Of a stretch of 64,000 bases of DNA, positions 46,994 through 54,705 are shown piece by piece. How positions within the stretch are numbered: the stretch's first letter is position 1; each line of letters starts with the position of its first letter. Location: assembly GCA_035763805.1 (NCBI GenBank), contig DASUAL010000039.1, positions 20,465 through 84,464 of the forward strand, written 5' to 3'. The stretch is from Gemmatimonadales bacterium (lineage in GTDB: Bacteria; Gemmatimonadota; Gemmatimonadetes; Gemmatimonadales; GWC2-71-9). The notes under the pieces are model-generated. The model was not told the DNA's origin. It did not search any database and saw nothing but the letters and a program-made list of their open reading frames with translations. The translations under genes and the position numbers were made by a program.

Positions 46994-48474
46994 TTCGCGA
47001 CGACGCGCGACACCACGTCGTACAGGAAGCGGACGCCGAACGTCAAGTCGGTGAGGCTCACCCGCTCGTCGTTGCCGTGCACGCCGCGCGACTCGGCCTG
47101 GCTGAGCGGGAACGGCGACAGGCCGTAGCTCAGGATTCCGAGGCGCCGGAAGTAGTGGCTGTCGGTAAACCCGGTCAGCGGTGGGGTGGTCACGAGCGCC
47201 TTGGGGTCCCGACCCCGCGCGGCAGCCACGATCGCGCGAAACAGCTCCGTGTCGATCGGGCTTTCGGTCGCGGACCAGCTGGGCCCCTGCGGCGCGATGG
47301 TCACGGCCGTGTCGTTCACGACGCGCACCAGGTCCGCGAGAAACGTCTGGGGGTCCTGTCCCGGGAGCAGCCGCACGTCGACCGCGGCTGTTGCCGTCGG
47401 CGGAATCACATTCGTCTTGTCGCTCCCCTTGAGCCCCGTGATCGAGATCGTGTTGCGCAGCAAGGCGTTGTAGGTGAGATCGCTCGTGAGCGCCCGGACC
47501 GCCGTCGAGTCTCGGAGCGCCGCCCGCACGTCCGCGAGCCAGGCCCGCCGGGTCGCATCGCTCTCGATGGTCGAGAGGTCGCGCATGTAGCGCTCCACGG
47601 TCGGCGTGACGACGAGGGGCGTCTGATAGTTCGCCATCCGGTCCAGCGCGCGGACCAGCCTGTGGACCGGGTTGTCCGGCGTCGGGCGCGAGCCGTGCCC
47701 CGGTGTTCCCTTCGCCGTGACGTCCAACCAGAATGGTGACTTCTCCGTCGTGCCGACGCCGTAGTACTCGATCCGCCCGCTCGCGTCGGCGCGGATCGTC
47801 CCGCCCTCGTTGAGGAGAAACTCCGCGTCGCTCACCAGCTCCGGATGGCGCTCGACGAACCATGCCGCCCCGACGCCGGCGCCGATCTCCTCGTCGGACG
47901 TCGCGAGGAATATGACATCCCGCTTGAGCGGCATTCCGGCTCGTTTGAGGATGATAAGCGTCATCAGCTGCACGATCGCCTCGCCCTTCATATCGAGCGC
48001 GCCGCGCCCCCAGATGTAGCCGTCCTGCTCGACGCCGCCGAACGGATCGACCTTCCAGAACTCGGGGCTCGCGAGCACCACGTCCATGTGGTTCAGCAGG
48101 ATGAGCGGGCGCGAGCTCCCATCGCCCTGCACCCGGGCGTAGAGATTCGCCTTGCCGGACCGGGGCTCGAAGATCCGAACCTCGATCCCCTCGCGCCCGA
48201 GCACGACCCGCAGCCACTCGGCGGCCTGCCGCTCGTTGCCCGGCGGATTCGTCGTGTTGATCGCGAGGTACTGCGACAGCAACGAGGCGGCCTCCCGACC
48301 CGCCGCCCGCCATTCCTCGTCGGTACGGGGAACGGTGCCGCCGAACAACTGCGGAGGCAGCATGACCGGCCGGGACGACGGGCCGGCGAGCGACGGCGGC
48401 GGATGGCGGGCCGTGGCGGGGGCGCATCCCACGAGCCAGAGACATGATAGGCCGACGAGCCCTCGACGACGCAC
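46990..48474 (-). CDS. M20/M25/M40-family metallopeptidase lipoprotein
   Basis: GTG 48474 with SD GGGAGGA. Lipobox LWLVGC. LLNHMDVV, GRGALDMKG, ATSDEEIG. Confidence 0.85.
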   Translation of the reverse strand: MRRRGLVGLSCLWLVGCAPATARHPPPSLAGPSSRPVMLPPQLFGGTVPRTDEEWRAAGREAASLLSQYLAINTTNPPGNERQAAEWLRVVLGREGIEVRIFEPRSGKANLYARVQGDGSSRPLILLNHMDVVLASPEFWKVDPFGGVEQDGYIWGRGALDMKGEAIVQLMTLIILKRAGMPLKRDVIFLATSDEEIGAGVGAAWFVERHPELVSDAEFLLNEGGTIRADASGRIEYYGVGTTEKSPFWLDVTAKGTPGHGSRPTPDNPVHRLVRALDRMANYQTPLVVTPTVERYMRDLSTIESDATRRAWLADVRAALRDSTAVRALTSDLTYNALLRNTISITGLKGSDKTNVIPPTATAAVDVRLLPGQDPQTFLADLVRVVNDTAVTIAPQGPSWSATESPIDTELFRAIVAAARGRDPKALVTTPPLTGFTDSHYFRRLGILSYGLSPFPLSQAESRGVHGNDERVSLTDLTFGVRFLYDVVSRVVAK

Positions 48475-48532
48475 GATTCCTCCCTCACGTGACGAGTGGA
48501 CCGCCGAAACTACGGAGTGCGGCCGGGCAGGG

Positions 48533-49510
48533 CTAGAGCGCGCGGGATTCGCCGTGGGCGAGGAGCCAGAACCGCTCGGGGGGGAGCGCGGCCGCCTGCC
48601 ACGCCGCTCGGGCCCGCACCGGCGGCTCGTCCATGGCTTCATCGGTCAGCTTGAAGGTCCCCCAGTGCATCGGGACCAGCACTGTGCGGCTGCCGCCCAG
48701 ATCCAGGAAGGCGCGCACCGCTTCCTCGGGATTCATGTGCACTCCCCGCATGAACCAGCGAGGCTCGTAGCCGCCGATCGGCAGCAGGGCGACGTCGAAC
48801 GGCCCGTAGCGCTCCCCGATGCGACGGAACTCAGGGTGGTACGCCGTGTCCCCCGCGAAGAACACGCGATGCGCGTCCGTGATCACCGACCACCCGCACC
48901 ACAGCGTGGCGCCCCGGTCCCCAATGCCGCGCGAGCTGAAGTGCTGGGCAGGGGTGCACGCCACCAGCGCGGGGCCGATCCGCGTCTCCTGCCACCAATC
49001 GTGCTCGCTCACGTCGCGCGCACCACGCCGGCGCGCGAACTCCGCGAGCCCGAGCGGCATCAGCCACGCCGCGCGCGGGTCGCGCGCGGCCAGCCTGCGG
49101 ACCGTGCGCCCGTCGAGGTGATCGTAGTGGTTGTGCGAGATGAGGACGACGTCGATCGGCGGGAGCGCGGCGAACTCGATTCCAGGCGCCATCCAGCGTC
49201 GCGGGCCGGCGAACCGCACGGGCGACGCGCGGACGCTCCACACAGGATCGGTGAGCACGTTGAGCCCGCCGACCTGGAGCAGGAAGCTCGAGTGGCCGAC
49301 CCACGTGACGATGAGCCGGTCCGGGGCCGCTCGCGGCGCCGCGAACAGCGGCTCAAGCAGCCTGAACGCCAACGGGTCCGGATCCACCGGCAGCGGCCGT
49401 GTCGTGCGGTGCACGAGCACCCACTTGAGAAAGCCGCCCAACGCGGGCGCAGCCGCGTTGGCCCACGGGTTGCGGAAGCCGCCGCCAGGGCGATGATGCA
49501 CCGGAACCAC
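48533..49510 (-). CDS. MBL-fold metallo-hydrolase (NAPE-PLD-like)
   Basis: VTWVGHSSFLLQ.., DVVLISHNHYDHLD. Confidence 0.85.
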   Translation of the reverse strand: MVPVHHRPGGGFRNPWANAAAPALGGFLKWVLVHRTTRPLPVDPDPLAFRLLEPLFAAPRAAPDRLIVTWVGHSSFLLQVGGLNVLTDPVWSVRASPVRFAGPRRWMAPGIEFAALPPIDVVLISHNHYDHLDGRTVRRLAARDPRAAWLMPLGLAEFARRRGARDVSEHDWWQETRIGPALVACTPAQHFSSRGIGDRGATLWCGWSVITDAHRVFFAGDTAYHPEFRRIGERYGPFDVALLPIGGYEPRWFMRGVHMNPEEAVRAFLDLGGSRTVLVPMHWGTFKLTDEAMDEPPVRARAAWQAAALPPERFWLLAHGESRAL

Positions 49511-49523
49511 GACTCGTCGCGCC

Positions 49524-50732
49524 CTAGCGCCGCCCGCCCGCGAGCGCGGTCGCCTCCGGCCGGCGTCGCAAGGCGAGCATCGCCCACACGCCGCCCACCG
49601 GCCCCAGCGCCAGCACTGTCATGCTCCAGCGCCAGCCGATCCGCGCCGCCACCGCGGGGAGGAGATAGATCGTCAAGCAGGTGAGTAAGAAGCCCAGGCT
49701 GGTCTGCAGCGTGAGCGCGGTGCCGACGAGGTCGCGCGGCGCCAGTTCGCTCACGGCCGTTGAAAACTGGGCCGAGTCGGCGACGACCGTCACGCCCCAG
49801 ACGAGCAGCACCGGCACGAGCACCGCGAGGGAGCGTCCGAACAGCGTCCCGGCGGCGAGACAGCACGCGCCCGAGATCGCCATCGCGATGCTGGTCACGA
49901 GCGTGCGCCCCCACCGGTCAGCGTACCTCCCGCCCAGCCAACATCCGATCGCGCCGATCCCCACCACCGCGAAGGTAACGAGCGCCGGGCCGCCGGTGCC
50001 CGTGCCATCGCCACCGCTGCGGGCGCGCTCGCTCTCGGCGACGAACACCGCCATCCACGTCCACATCGCGTACAGCTCCCACATGTGGCCGAGGTAGCCG
50101 AGGTTGGCTAGTGACACGGCGCGGTCCCGGAGGATCCCGGGCGCCGCGCTCCACCTGAACCGCGGCGCGGGCGCGGCGAACGGTCCATCATGCGGGACGC
50201 GCAGCACGAGCAGCCCGCCCACGATGGCCGACGCCGCGGCGACCACGAGCACCGGACGCCAATAATCGGCCGGCACGGCCCAGCGCACCAGGTGGGGGAA
50301 CGCCGAGCCGAGCGTCAGCGCGCCGACGAGGATCCCGATCGCCCCGCCCCGGCCCTCGCGAAACCACCCCGCCGCGATCTTCATCCCCGGAGGATACACG
50401 CCGGCGAGCGCCGCCCCGGTGAGGAGCCGCAGCGCGATGCCGATGGTGGGACTGGGAGCGAATGCCACGCCCAACGTCGCTGCGGCGGCGAGCGCGGCCG
50501 ACCACGCGACGAGCCGCCGCGCGGACCAGAGATCGCTGAGCGTGAGGATCGCGGATACGAGCGCACCCGCCACGAAACCGAGCTGCACGGAGATTGTGAG
50601 CCAGGCAGTGCCGCCGGGGCCGAGCTGCCACAGGCGCGACAGCGCGGGCCCGACGGCCGATGCGCTGAACCACGGTGCCATCGCGCACAGCTCCGCCAGC
50701 GCCAGCACTCCCAAAACACGCCGCGCGCTCAC
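49524..50732 (-). CDS. MFS transporter
   Basis: 12 predicted hydrophobic segments; 4-nt overlap with the Nif3 gene stop. Confidence 0.75.
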   Translation of the reverse strand: MSARRVLGVLALAELCAMAPWFSASAVGPALSRLWQLGPGGTAWLTISVQLGFVAGALVSAILTLSDLWSARRLVAWSAALAAAATLGVAFAPSPTIGIALRLLTGAALAGVYPPGMKIAAGWFREGRGGAIGILVGALTLGSAFPHLVRWAVPADYWRPVLVVAAASAIVGGLLVLRVPHDGPFAAPAPRFRWSAAPGILRDRAVSLANLGYLGHMWELYAMWTWMAVFVAESERARSGGDGTGTGGPALVTFAVVGIGAIGCWLGGRYADRWGRTLVTSIAMAISGACCLAAGTLFGRSLAVLVPVLLVWGVTVVADSAQFSTAVSELAPRDLVGTALTLQTSLGFLLTCLTIYLLPAVAARIGWRWSMTVLALGPVGGVWAMLALRRRPEATALAGGRR

Positions 50733-51484
50733 AGGCCGGTCGGATGGTCGAGGAACGTCCAGGGAAGCCCGAATCTCGCGCTGACATGTTCGGCCAGTGC
50801 CTTCACGCCGACCGTCTCCGTCGCGTAGTGCCCGGCGTAGAACACGTTCATCCGGAGCTCTTCGGCGTCGAAGAACGTGTGGTGCGCGCCTTCCCCGGTG
50901 ATGTAGGTGTCCAGACCGGCAGCCGCAGCCTGTGGGATCATCGAGCCTGCTCCCCCCGTGACGATCCCGACGCGCCGCACCCGCTCGGGCCCGAACGCCA
51001 TGACACGCGGCGCCGCGCCCAGCACGGTGGCGAGCTGCTGCTGCAACGCGGCGCGCGGAACGTCCAGCTCACCCCACACGCCAATCCGCACGCCGTATTC
51101 CTCCCCGAACTCGCCGCGCGCCGTCACGCCCAGCTGGCGCGCCAGCATGGCGTTGTTACCCACGTCCGGGTGGAGATCGAGCGGGAGGTGCGCGCTGTAG
51201 AGCGCGATGTTCTGCCGGATGAGCCCCGCCACGCGGCGGTAGGCGGAACCGGTGAGCGGCTTCGGCCCACCCCAGAACAAGCCGTGGTGAACGAGCAGCA
51301 GGTCGGCCCCCTGCTCCGCCGCGAGTCGCACCGTGGCTTCACACAGGTCGACAGCCGCACCAACGCGCGTTACGTCACCGGCGTTGGCGACCTGGAGTCC
51401 GTTCACCGCCTCGGCCGCGTCCGGCACTTCCCGGACGCGCAGGTACCCGTCGAGGTAGCTCGCGAGGTCGCTCAGTCGCATCAC
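50729..51484 (-). CDS. Nif3-like dinuclear metal centre protein (GTP cyclohydrolase 1 type 2 homologue)
   Basis: LLLVHHGLFWGG.., ITGEGAHHTF... Start is GTG 51484 or ATG 51481. Confidence 0.85.
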   Translation of the reverse strand: MMRLSDLASYLDGYLRVREVPDAAEAVNGLQVANAGDVTRVGAAVDLCEATVRLAAEQGADLLLVHHGLFWGGPKPLTGSAYRRVAGLIRQNIALYSAHLPLDLHPDVGNNAMLARQLGVTARGEFGEEYGVRIGVWGELDVPRAALQQQLATVLGAAPRVMAFGPERVRRVGIVTGGAGSMIPQAAAAGLDTYITGEGAHHTFFDAEELRMNVFYAGHYATETVGVKALAEHVSARFGLPWTFLDHPTGL

Positions 51485-51584
51485 ATCCGCCGGCGACAGT
51501 ATGACGACATTGTCTCAACAGCCGGTGGCCAGCGCCGTGAGATTCCCACATTGCTGAGATTGTAACTCATAACCGGTCTTGGGG

Positions 51585-51621
51585 ATAAAAAATCCACACG
51601 CAGGAAACGCGAGCGTGTGGA
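51585..51621 (-). terminator. Rho-independent terminator of the parA-parB-M23-bactofilin unit
   Basis: Minus-strand read: TCCACACGC-tcgcgtttcct-GCGTGTGGA followed by TTTTTTAT. The 9-bp GC-rich stem (51593-51601 / 51613-51621) lies 14 nt after the bactofilin stop. Positions are anchored to track ORFs 51579 and 51617. Confidence 0.7.
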
Positions 51622-51634
51622 AATCTCGCTGCAC

Positions 51635-52054
51635 TCAATACGATCGTTGCGATCCGGCTGCCGCACCCGCCTTCACGGGCTCCGTCTCGACAGCAGCCTC
51701 GCCCATGCGAACCACGCCGTTGATCTCGCCTCCTTCCTGCACCAGGAGCCGCTTGGCGGCGATGTCGCCGTGGATCACGCTGGTGGCCTGAACTTCGACG
51801 CGCTCGTCGGCGCGGACGCTGCCGCGCACTTCGCCGCCGATGATCGCCTCGCGGGAGATCACGTCGCCCTCCACTTCCCCACCCTTCCCGACCAGGACCT
51901 GGCGGCCGGCGCGCACAGTGCCGACGACGGTCCCTTCGATCTTCACCACTCCGTCGGCGTTGATGTCTCCGACGACCCGCATGCCGGCCCCGATGATCGA
52001 CAGGCCGGCTTCGGTTTCCGGGGTGGCGTGATCCTTGTCGGTGAAGATCGTCAT
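51635..52054 (-). CDS. bactofilin (polymer-forming cytoskeletal protein)
   Basis: ATG 52054 with SD AGGAGA (in frame with the track ORF). Beta-helical repeats IIGAGMRVVGDINADGVVKIEGTVVGTVRAG..VEGDVISREAIIGGEVRGSV. Confidence 0.85.
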   Translation of the reverse strand: MTIFTDKDHATPETEAGLSIIGAGMRVVGDINADGVVKIEGTVVGTVRAGRQVLVGKGGEVEGDVISREAIIGGEVRGSVRADERVEVQATSVIHGDIAAKRLLVQEGGEINGVVRMGEAAVETEPVKAGAAAGSQRSY

Positions 52055-52055
52055 T

Positions 52056-52844
52056 TCAATTCTCCTGTTTCGCGACCGTGACGGGATCGAGCGACCTGCC
52101 CTCGCGACGGACTTCGAAGTGCAGATGGGGCGCCGTGGAGCGCCCCGAGCTCCCGGACAGGGCGATGATCTGCCCACTCTGGATCGAGTCGCCCTCCTGC
52201 ACGAGGAGGCGCGAGGCGTGTCCATACATCGTCTCATACCCGCCCGTGTGCCGCAAGAGCACGAACAGCCCGTAGGCAGGATCGGTGCCGGCCCGCCGGA
52301 CTTCGCCGTCGCCTGCTGCCCGAACCGGGGTGCCGACAGGGACGGCAATGTCGATCCCCGGGTGCGACTCGGCGGGATCCCCGGGCCGCACCTGGCCCCG
52401 GGTGACGAATCCGCGCACGTCAAGCGGCCAGTGGAGGGGCGTCACGGAATCGGGCTGAGCGCGCGGGGCTGCGTTGGGTGCCCGCGCGCGCACCGGAACC
52501 GTGCGCGCGAGATTGGCGGTCACCAGGACCTTGTCGGGCGGCGCCTTCACGCCGAGCAGCTGGCGCAGCTCCTGATAGTTGGCCTCGGCTCGGCTGAGCG
52601 CGGCCGCCAGCTGCTGGACGCGGCTGTTGTCCTCCTTGAGCCGGGCCACTTCGCGATCGAGCACCTGGGCGCGCACGGCCTCTTTGGTGAGCCACGAGCC
52701 ACGCGCCACGAAGAACAAGGTCAACACCGCGAGAATGGGCGCGCCCCACCTCCCTCCCTCGAGCACCCACCACGGCACGCGGTACTGCCGTGAGTTGAGA
52801 TCGCCGTCCCTGTGGACGACGATCGTGACGTCGCGCCCCTTCAT
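52056..52844 (-). CDS. M23-family (LytM-type) peptidoglycan metalloendopeptidase with N-terminal TM/coiled coil
   Basis: HPGIDIAVPVGTPVRAAGDGEV.., GHASRLLV.., GSSGRSTAPHLHFEV. The ATG overlaps the parB stop (ATGA). Confidence 0.85.
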   Translation of the reverse strand: MKGRDVTIVVHRDGDLNSRQYRVPWWVLEGGRWGAPILAVLTLFFVARGSWLTKEAVRAQVLDREVARLKEDNSRVQQLAAALSRAEANYQELRQLLGVKAPPDKVLVTANLARTVPVRARAPNAAPRAQPDSVTPLHWPLDVRGFVTRGQVRPGDPAESHPGIDIAVPVGTPVRAAGDGEVRRAGTDPAYGLFVLLRHTGGYETMYGHASRLLVQEGDSIQSGQIIALSGSSGRSTAPHLHFEVRREGRSLDPVTVAKQEN

Positions 52845-53737
52845 CCGTCGAACGGCGTGCCCAACATCAGCTCGAGCAGTCGCGCGAGATCGTCGTTCGA
52901 ATAGAAGTTGAGATGGATCTGCCCCTTGCCCTTGGCGCGCAACGTCACGCGCACGTCGGTGCCCAGCCGGCGGCGCAGCGCGTCCTCGATGCGGCGCACC
53001 TCGGGCGCCTGCCCCACGCCCTTCTTGAGTCGCGGGCGCCGCACCGGCGCCCTGCCGCCGCGCACGCGATCCTCGACGTCACGCACCGACAAGCCGAGGT
53101 CCACCGCCTCCTTGGCGAGCGTGGTCGCGGCCCGCGGATCGTCGAGCGCGAGCAGCGCGCGCGCGTGCCCGACCGAGAGTCCGCCCTGATGCAACAGCGC
53201 CAGCACCGCCGCGGGGAGCTTCAGCAGCCGCAGGGCGTTCGCTACCGTCGAGCGATCGCGCCCCACGGCGTCCGCCACGTCCTGCTGGGTGAGACTGAAC
53301 TCCGCGATCAGCCGCTCGTAGCCGCGCGCCTCGTCCACGGGAGACAGATCGTCGCGCTGCAGGTTCTCGATCAGCGCGAGCGTCAGCACCGTGCGATCAT
53401 CTACCTCGCGCTTCACTGCAGGGATCCGCTCCCAGCCGAGCGACTGGCAGGCGCGCAGCCGCCGCTCCCCGGCGATCAGCTCATAACCCCCGTCGTCACG
53501 CGCGGCGCTGGCGCGGACCACGACGGGCTGGAGCAGCCCGGCCTTCAGGATCGACGCCTTAAGCTCTTCGAGCGCCGCCGGGTCCACGTCACGGCGTGGC
53601 TGGTACGGGTTCGGCCGAATCTCGGCGATCGGTAGCTCGACCAGGCTCCCTTCGCGCTCGGCTTCCTCGCGCGTGGGTCCCAGCAGGGCTTCCAGTCCCC
53701 GGCCGAGGCGACGGCGACCAGCGATGGTTTCCGTCAT
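52841..53737 (-). CDS. parB: chromosome partitioning protein ParB
   Basis: ATG 53737 overlaps the parA stop (ATGA). RGLEALL.., IRPNPYQPRR, LLQPVVVR, ELIAGERRLRA, LIENLQRDDLSPVDEA, HTH TQQDVADAVGRDRSTVANALRLL. Confidence 0.9.
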   Translation of the reverse strand: MTETIAGRRRLGRGLEALLGPTREEAEREGSLVELPIAEIRPNPYQPRRDVDPAALEELKASILKAGLLQPVVVRASAARDDGGYELIAGERRLRACQSLGWERIPAVKREVDDRTVLTLALIENLQRDDLSPVDEARGYERLIAEFSLTQQDVADAVGRDRSTVANALRLLKLPAAVLALLHQGGLSVGHARALLALDDPRAATTLAKEAVDLGLSVRDVEDRVRGGRAPVRRPRLKKGVGQAPEVRRIEDALRRRLGTDVRVTLRAKGKGQIHLNFYSNDDLARLLELMLGTPFDG

Positions 53738-54564
53738 GCGGGCACCTCCGGCAGCGGTTCGGTGGTGGGCGGGGCAGGGGGCGCCGGAGCCCCGGCGCGC
53801 TCGACGCGGCGAATCAGCTCCTGCGCCACCGCCAGGTAGCTCTTCGCGCCCACCGACTGCACATCGTACAGCAGGATCGGCTTGCCGAAGCTCGGCGCCT
53901 CGGCAAGCCGCACGTTGCGCGGGATCGTCATGCTGAACACTTGGGAGCCGAAATATTCCTTCGCCTCTTCGGCCACCTGCTTGCACAGGTTGAGTCGCGC
54001 GTCGTACATGGTCAACAGCACTCCGTCGATCGCGAGCGCAGGGTTGAAGTTGCGCTGCACGAGCTTCACGGTGTTGAGAAGTTGCGAGAGCCCCTCGAGC
54101 GCGTAGTACTCGCACTGGATCGGGATCAGGACGCTGTCCGCCGCGGTCAGCATGTTGAGCGTGAGCAGCCCGAGCGAGGGCGGGCAGTCGATGACGACAT
54201 ACTGATATTGGTCGCGGATGTCGCGCAGCGCACGGCGCATCATCGTCTCGCGCGCCTGCTTGTCGACGAGCTCCAGCTCCGCGCCGACCAGATCCTGCGT
54301 CGCCGGCACGACGTCGAGGTACGGGAAGTGGACATGGGGGAACAGGGTGTCCGCGAGCGCGCGACCATCGAGGAGCGCGTCGTACAACGACTGCCGGATG
54401 CGATCGCGCTCGATGCCGATACCACTCGTCGAGTTCGCCTGCGGATCGGCGTCGACAAGCAGCGTTTTGCGCTCCGCGGTCGCGAGCGACGCGGCGAGAT
54501 TGACGGCCGTCGTAGTCTTTCCGACGCCGCCCTTCTGATTGGCGATGGCGATGACGCGGGACAT
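53734..54564 (-). CDS. parA: chromosome partitioning ATPase ParA/Soj
   Basis: MSRVIAIANQKGGVGKTTTAVNLAASLA (deviant Walker A), VIDCPPSLG. Confidence 0.95.
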   Translation of the reverse strand: MSRVIAIANQKGGVGKTTTAVNLAASLATAERKTLLVDADPQANSTSGIGIERDRIRQSLYDALLDGRALADTLFPHVHFPYLDVVPATQDLVGAELELVDKQARETMMRRALRDIRDQYQYVVIDCPPSLGLLTLNMLTAADSVLIPIQCEYYALEGLSQLLNTVKLVQRNFNPALAIDGVLLTMYDARLNLCKQVAEEAKEYFGSQVFSMTIPRNVRLAEAPSFGKPILLYDVQSVGAKSYLAVAQELIRRVERAGAPAPPAPPTTEPLPEVPA

Positions 54565-54591
54565 ACTCTAACTTGTTATTTCACAATCAGT

Positions 54592-54619
54592 TATATAGCT
54601 TGGTACTCAGAGGGGTCAA
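54592..54619 (-). promoter_or_regulatory. near-consensus sigma70-type promoter for parA
   Basis: Minus-strand TTGACC (54619-54614), 16-nt spacer, TATATA (54597-54592), 27 nt upstream of the parA ATG. Confidence 0.5.
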
Positions 54620-54652
54620 ATATACGGCATCGGTCCGCCGCGGTAAAGCCTC

Positions 54653-54668
54653 AGTTTCACGTGAAACC
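54653..54668. promoter_or_regulatory. parS centromere-like site 1
   Basis: aGTTTCACGTGAAACc contains the full 14-bp palindromic core of the conserved tGTTtCACGTGAAACa parS consensus. Confidence 0.85.
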
Positions 54669-54671
54669 GTG

Positions 54672-54687
54672 AGTTTCACGTGAAACA
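54672..54687. promoter_or_regulatory. parS centromere-like site 2
   Basis: aGTTTCACGTGAAACa, 15/16 to the consensus, 3 bp from site 1. Confidence 0.85.
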
Positions 54688-54705
54688 ACTGTTTGAGGAG
54701 TCGCT

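Noticed and set aside
46994-48445. Upstream 484 codons of the 960-aa minus ORF 45563..48445.
   Set aside because: This part overlaps the M20 peptidase gene in a different frame and is low-complexity Arg/Gly/Ala. The DASS transporter begins at GTG 46993 (GTGA overlap with the M20 stop).
51587-51621. DnaA-box-like strings (AAATCCACA / ATTTCCACA here, TTATTTCACA at 54576-54585) as evidence for oriC.
   Set aside because: Each deviates from TTATCCACA by 2 or more positions or by an insertion. The first two are simply the arms of the terminator stem. There is no cluster and no AT-rich unwinding element.
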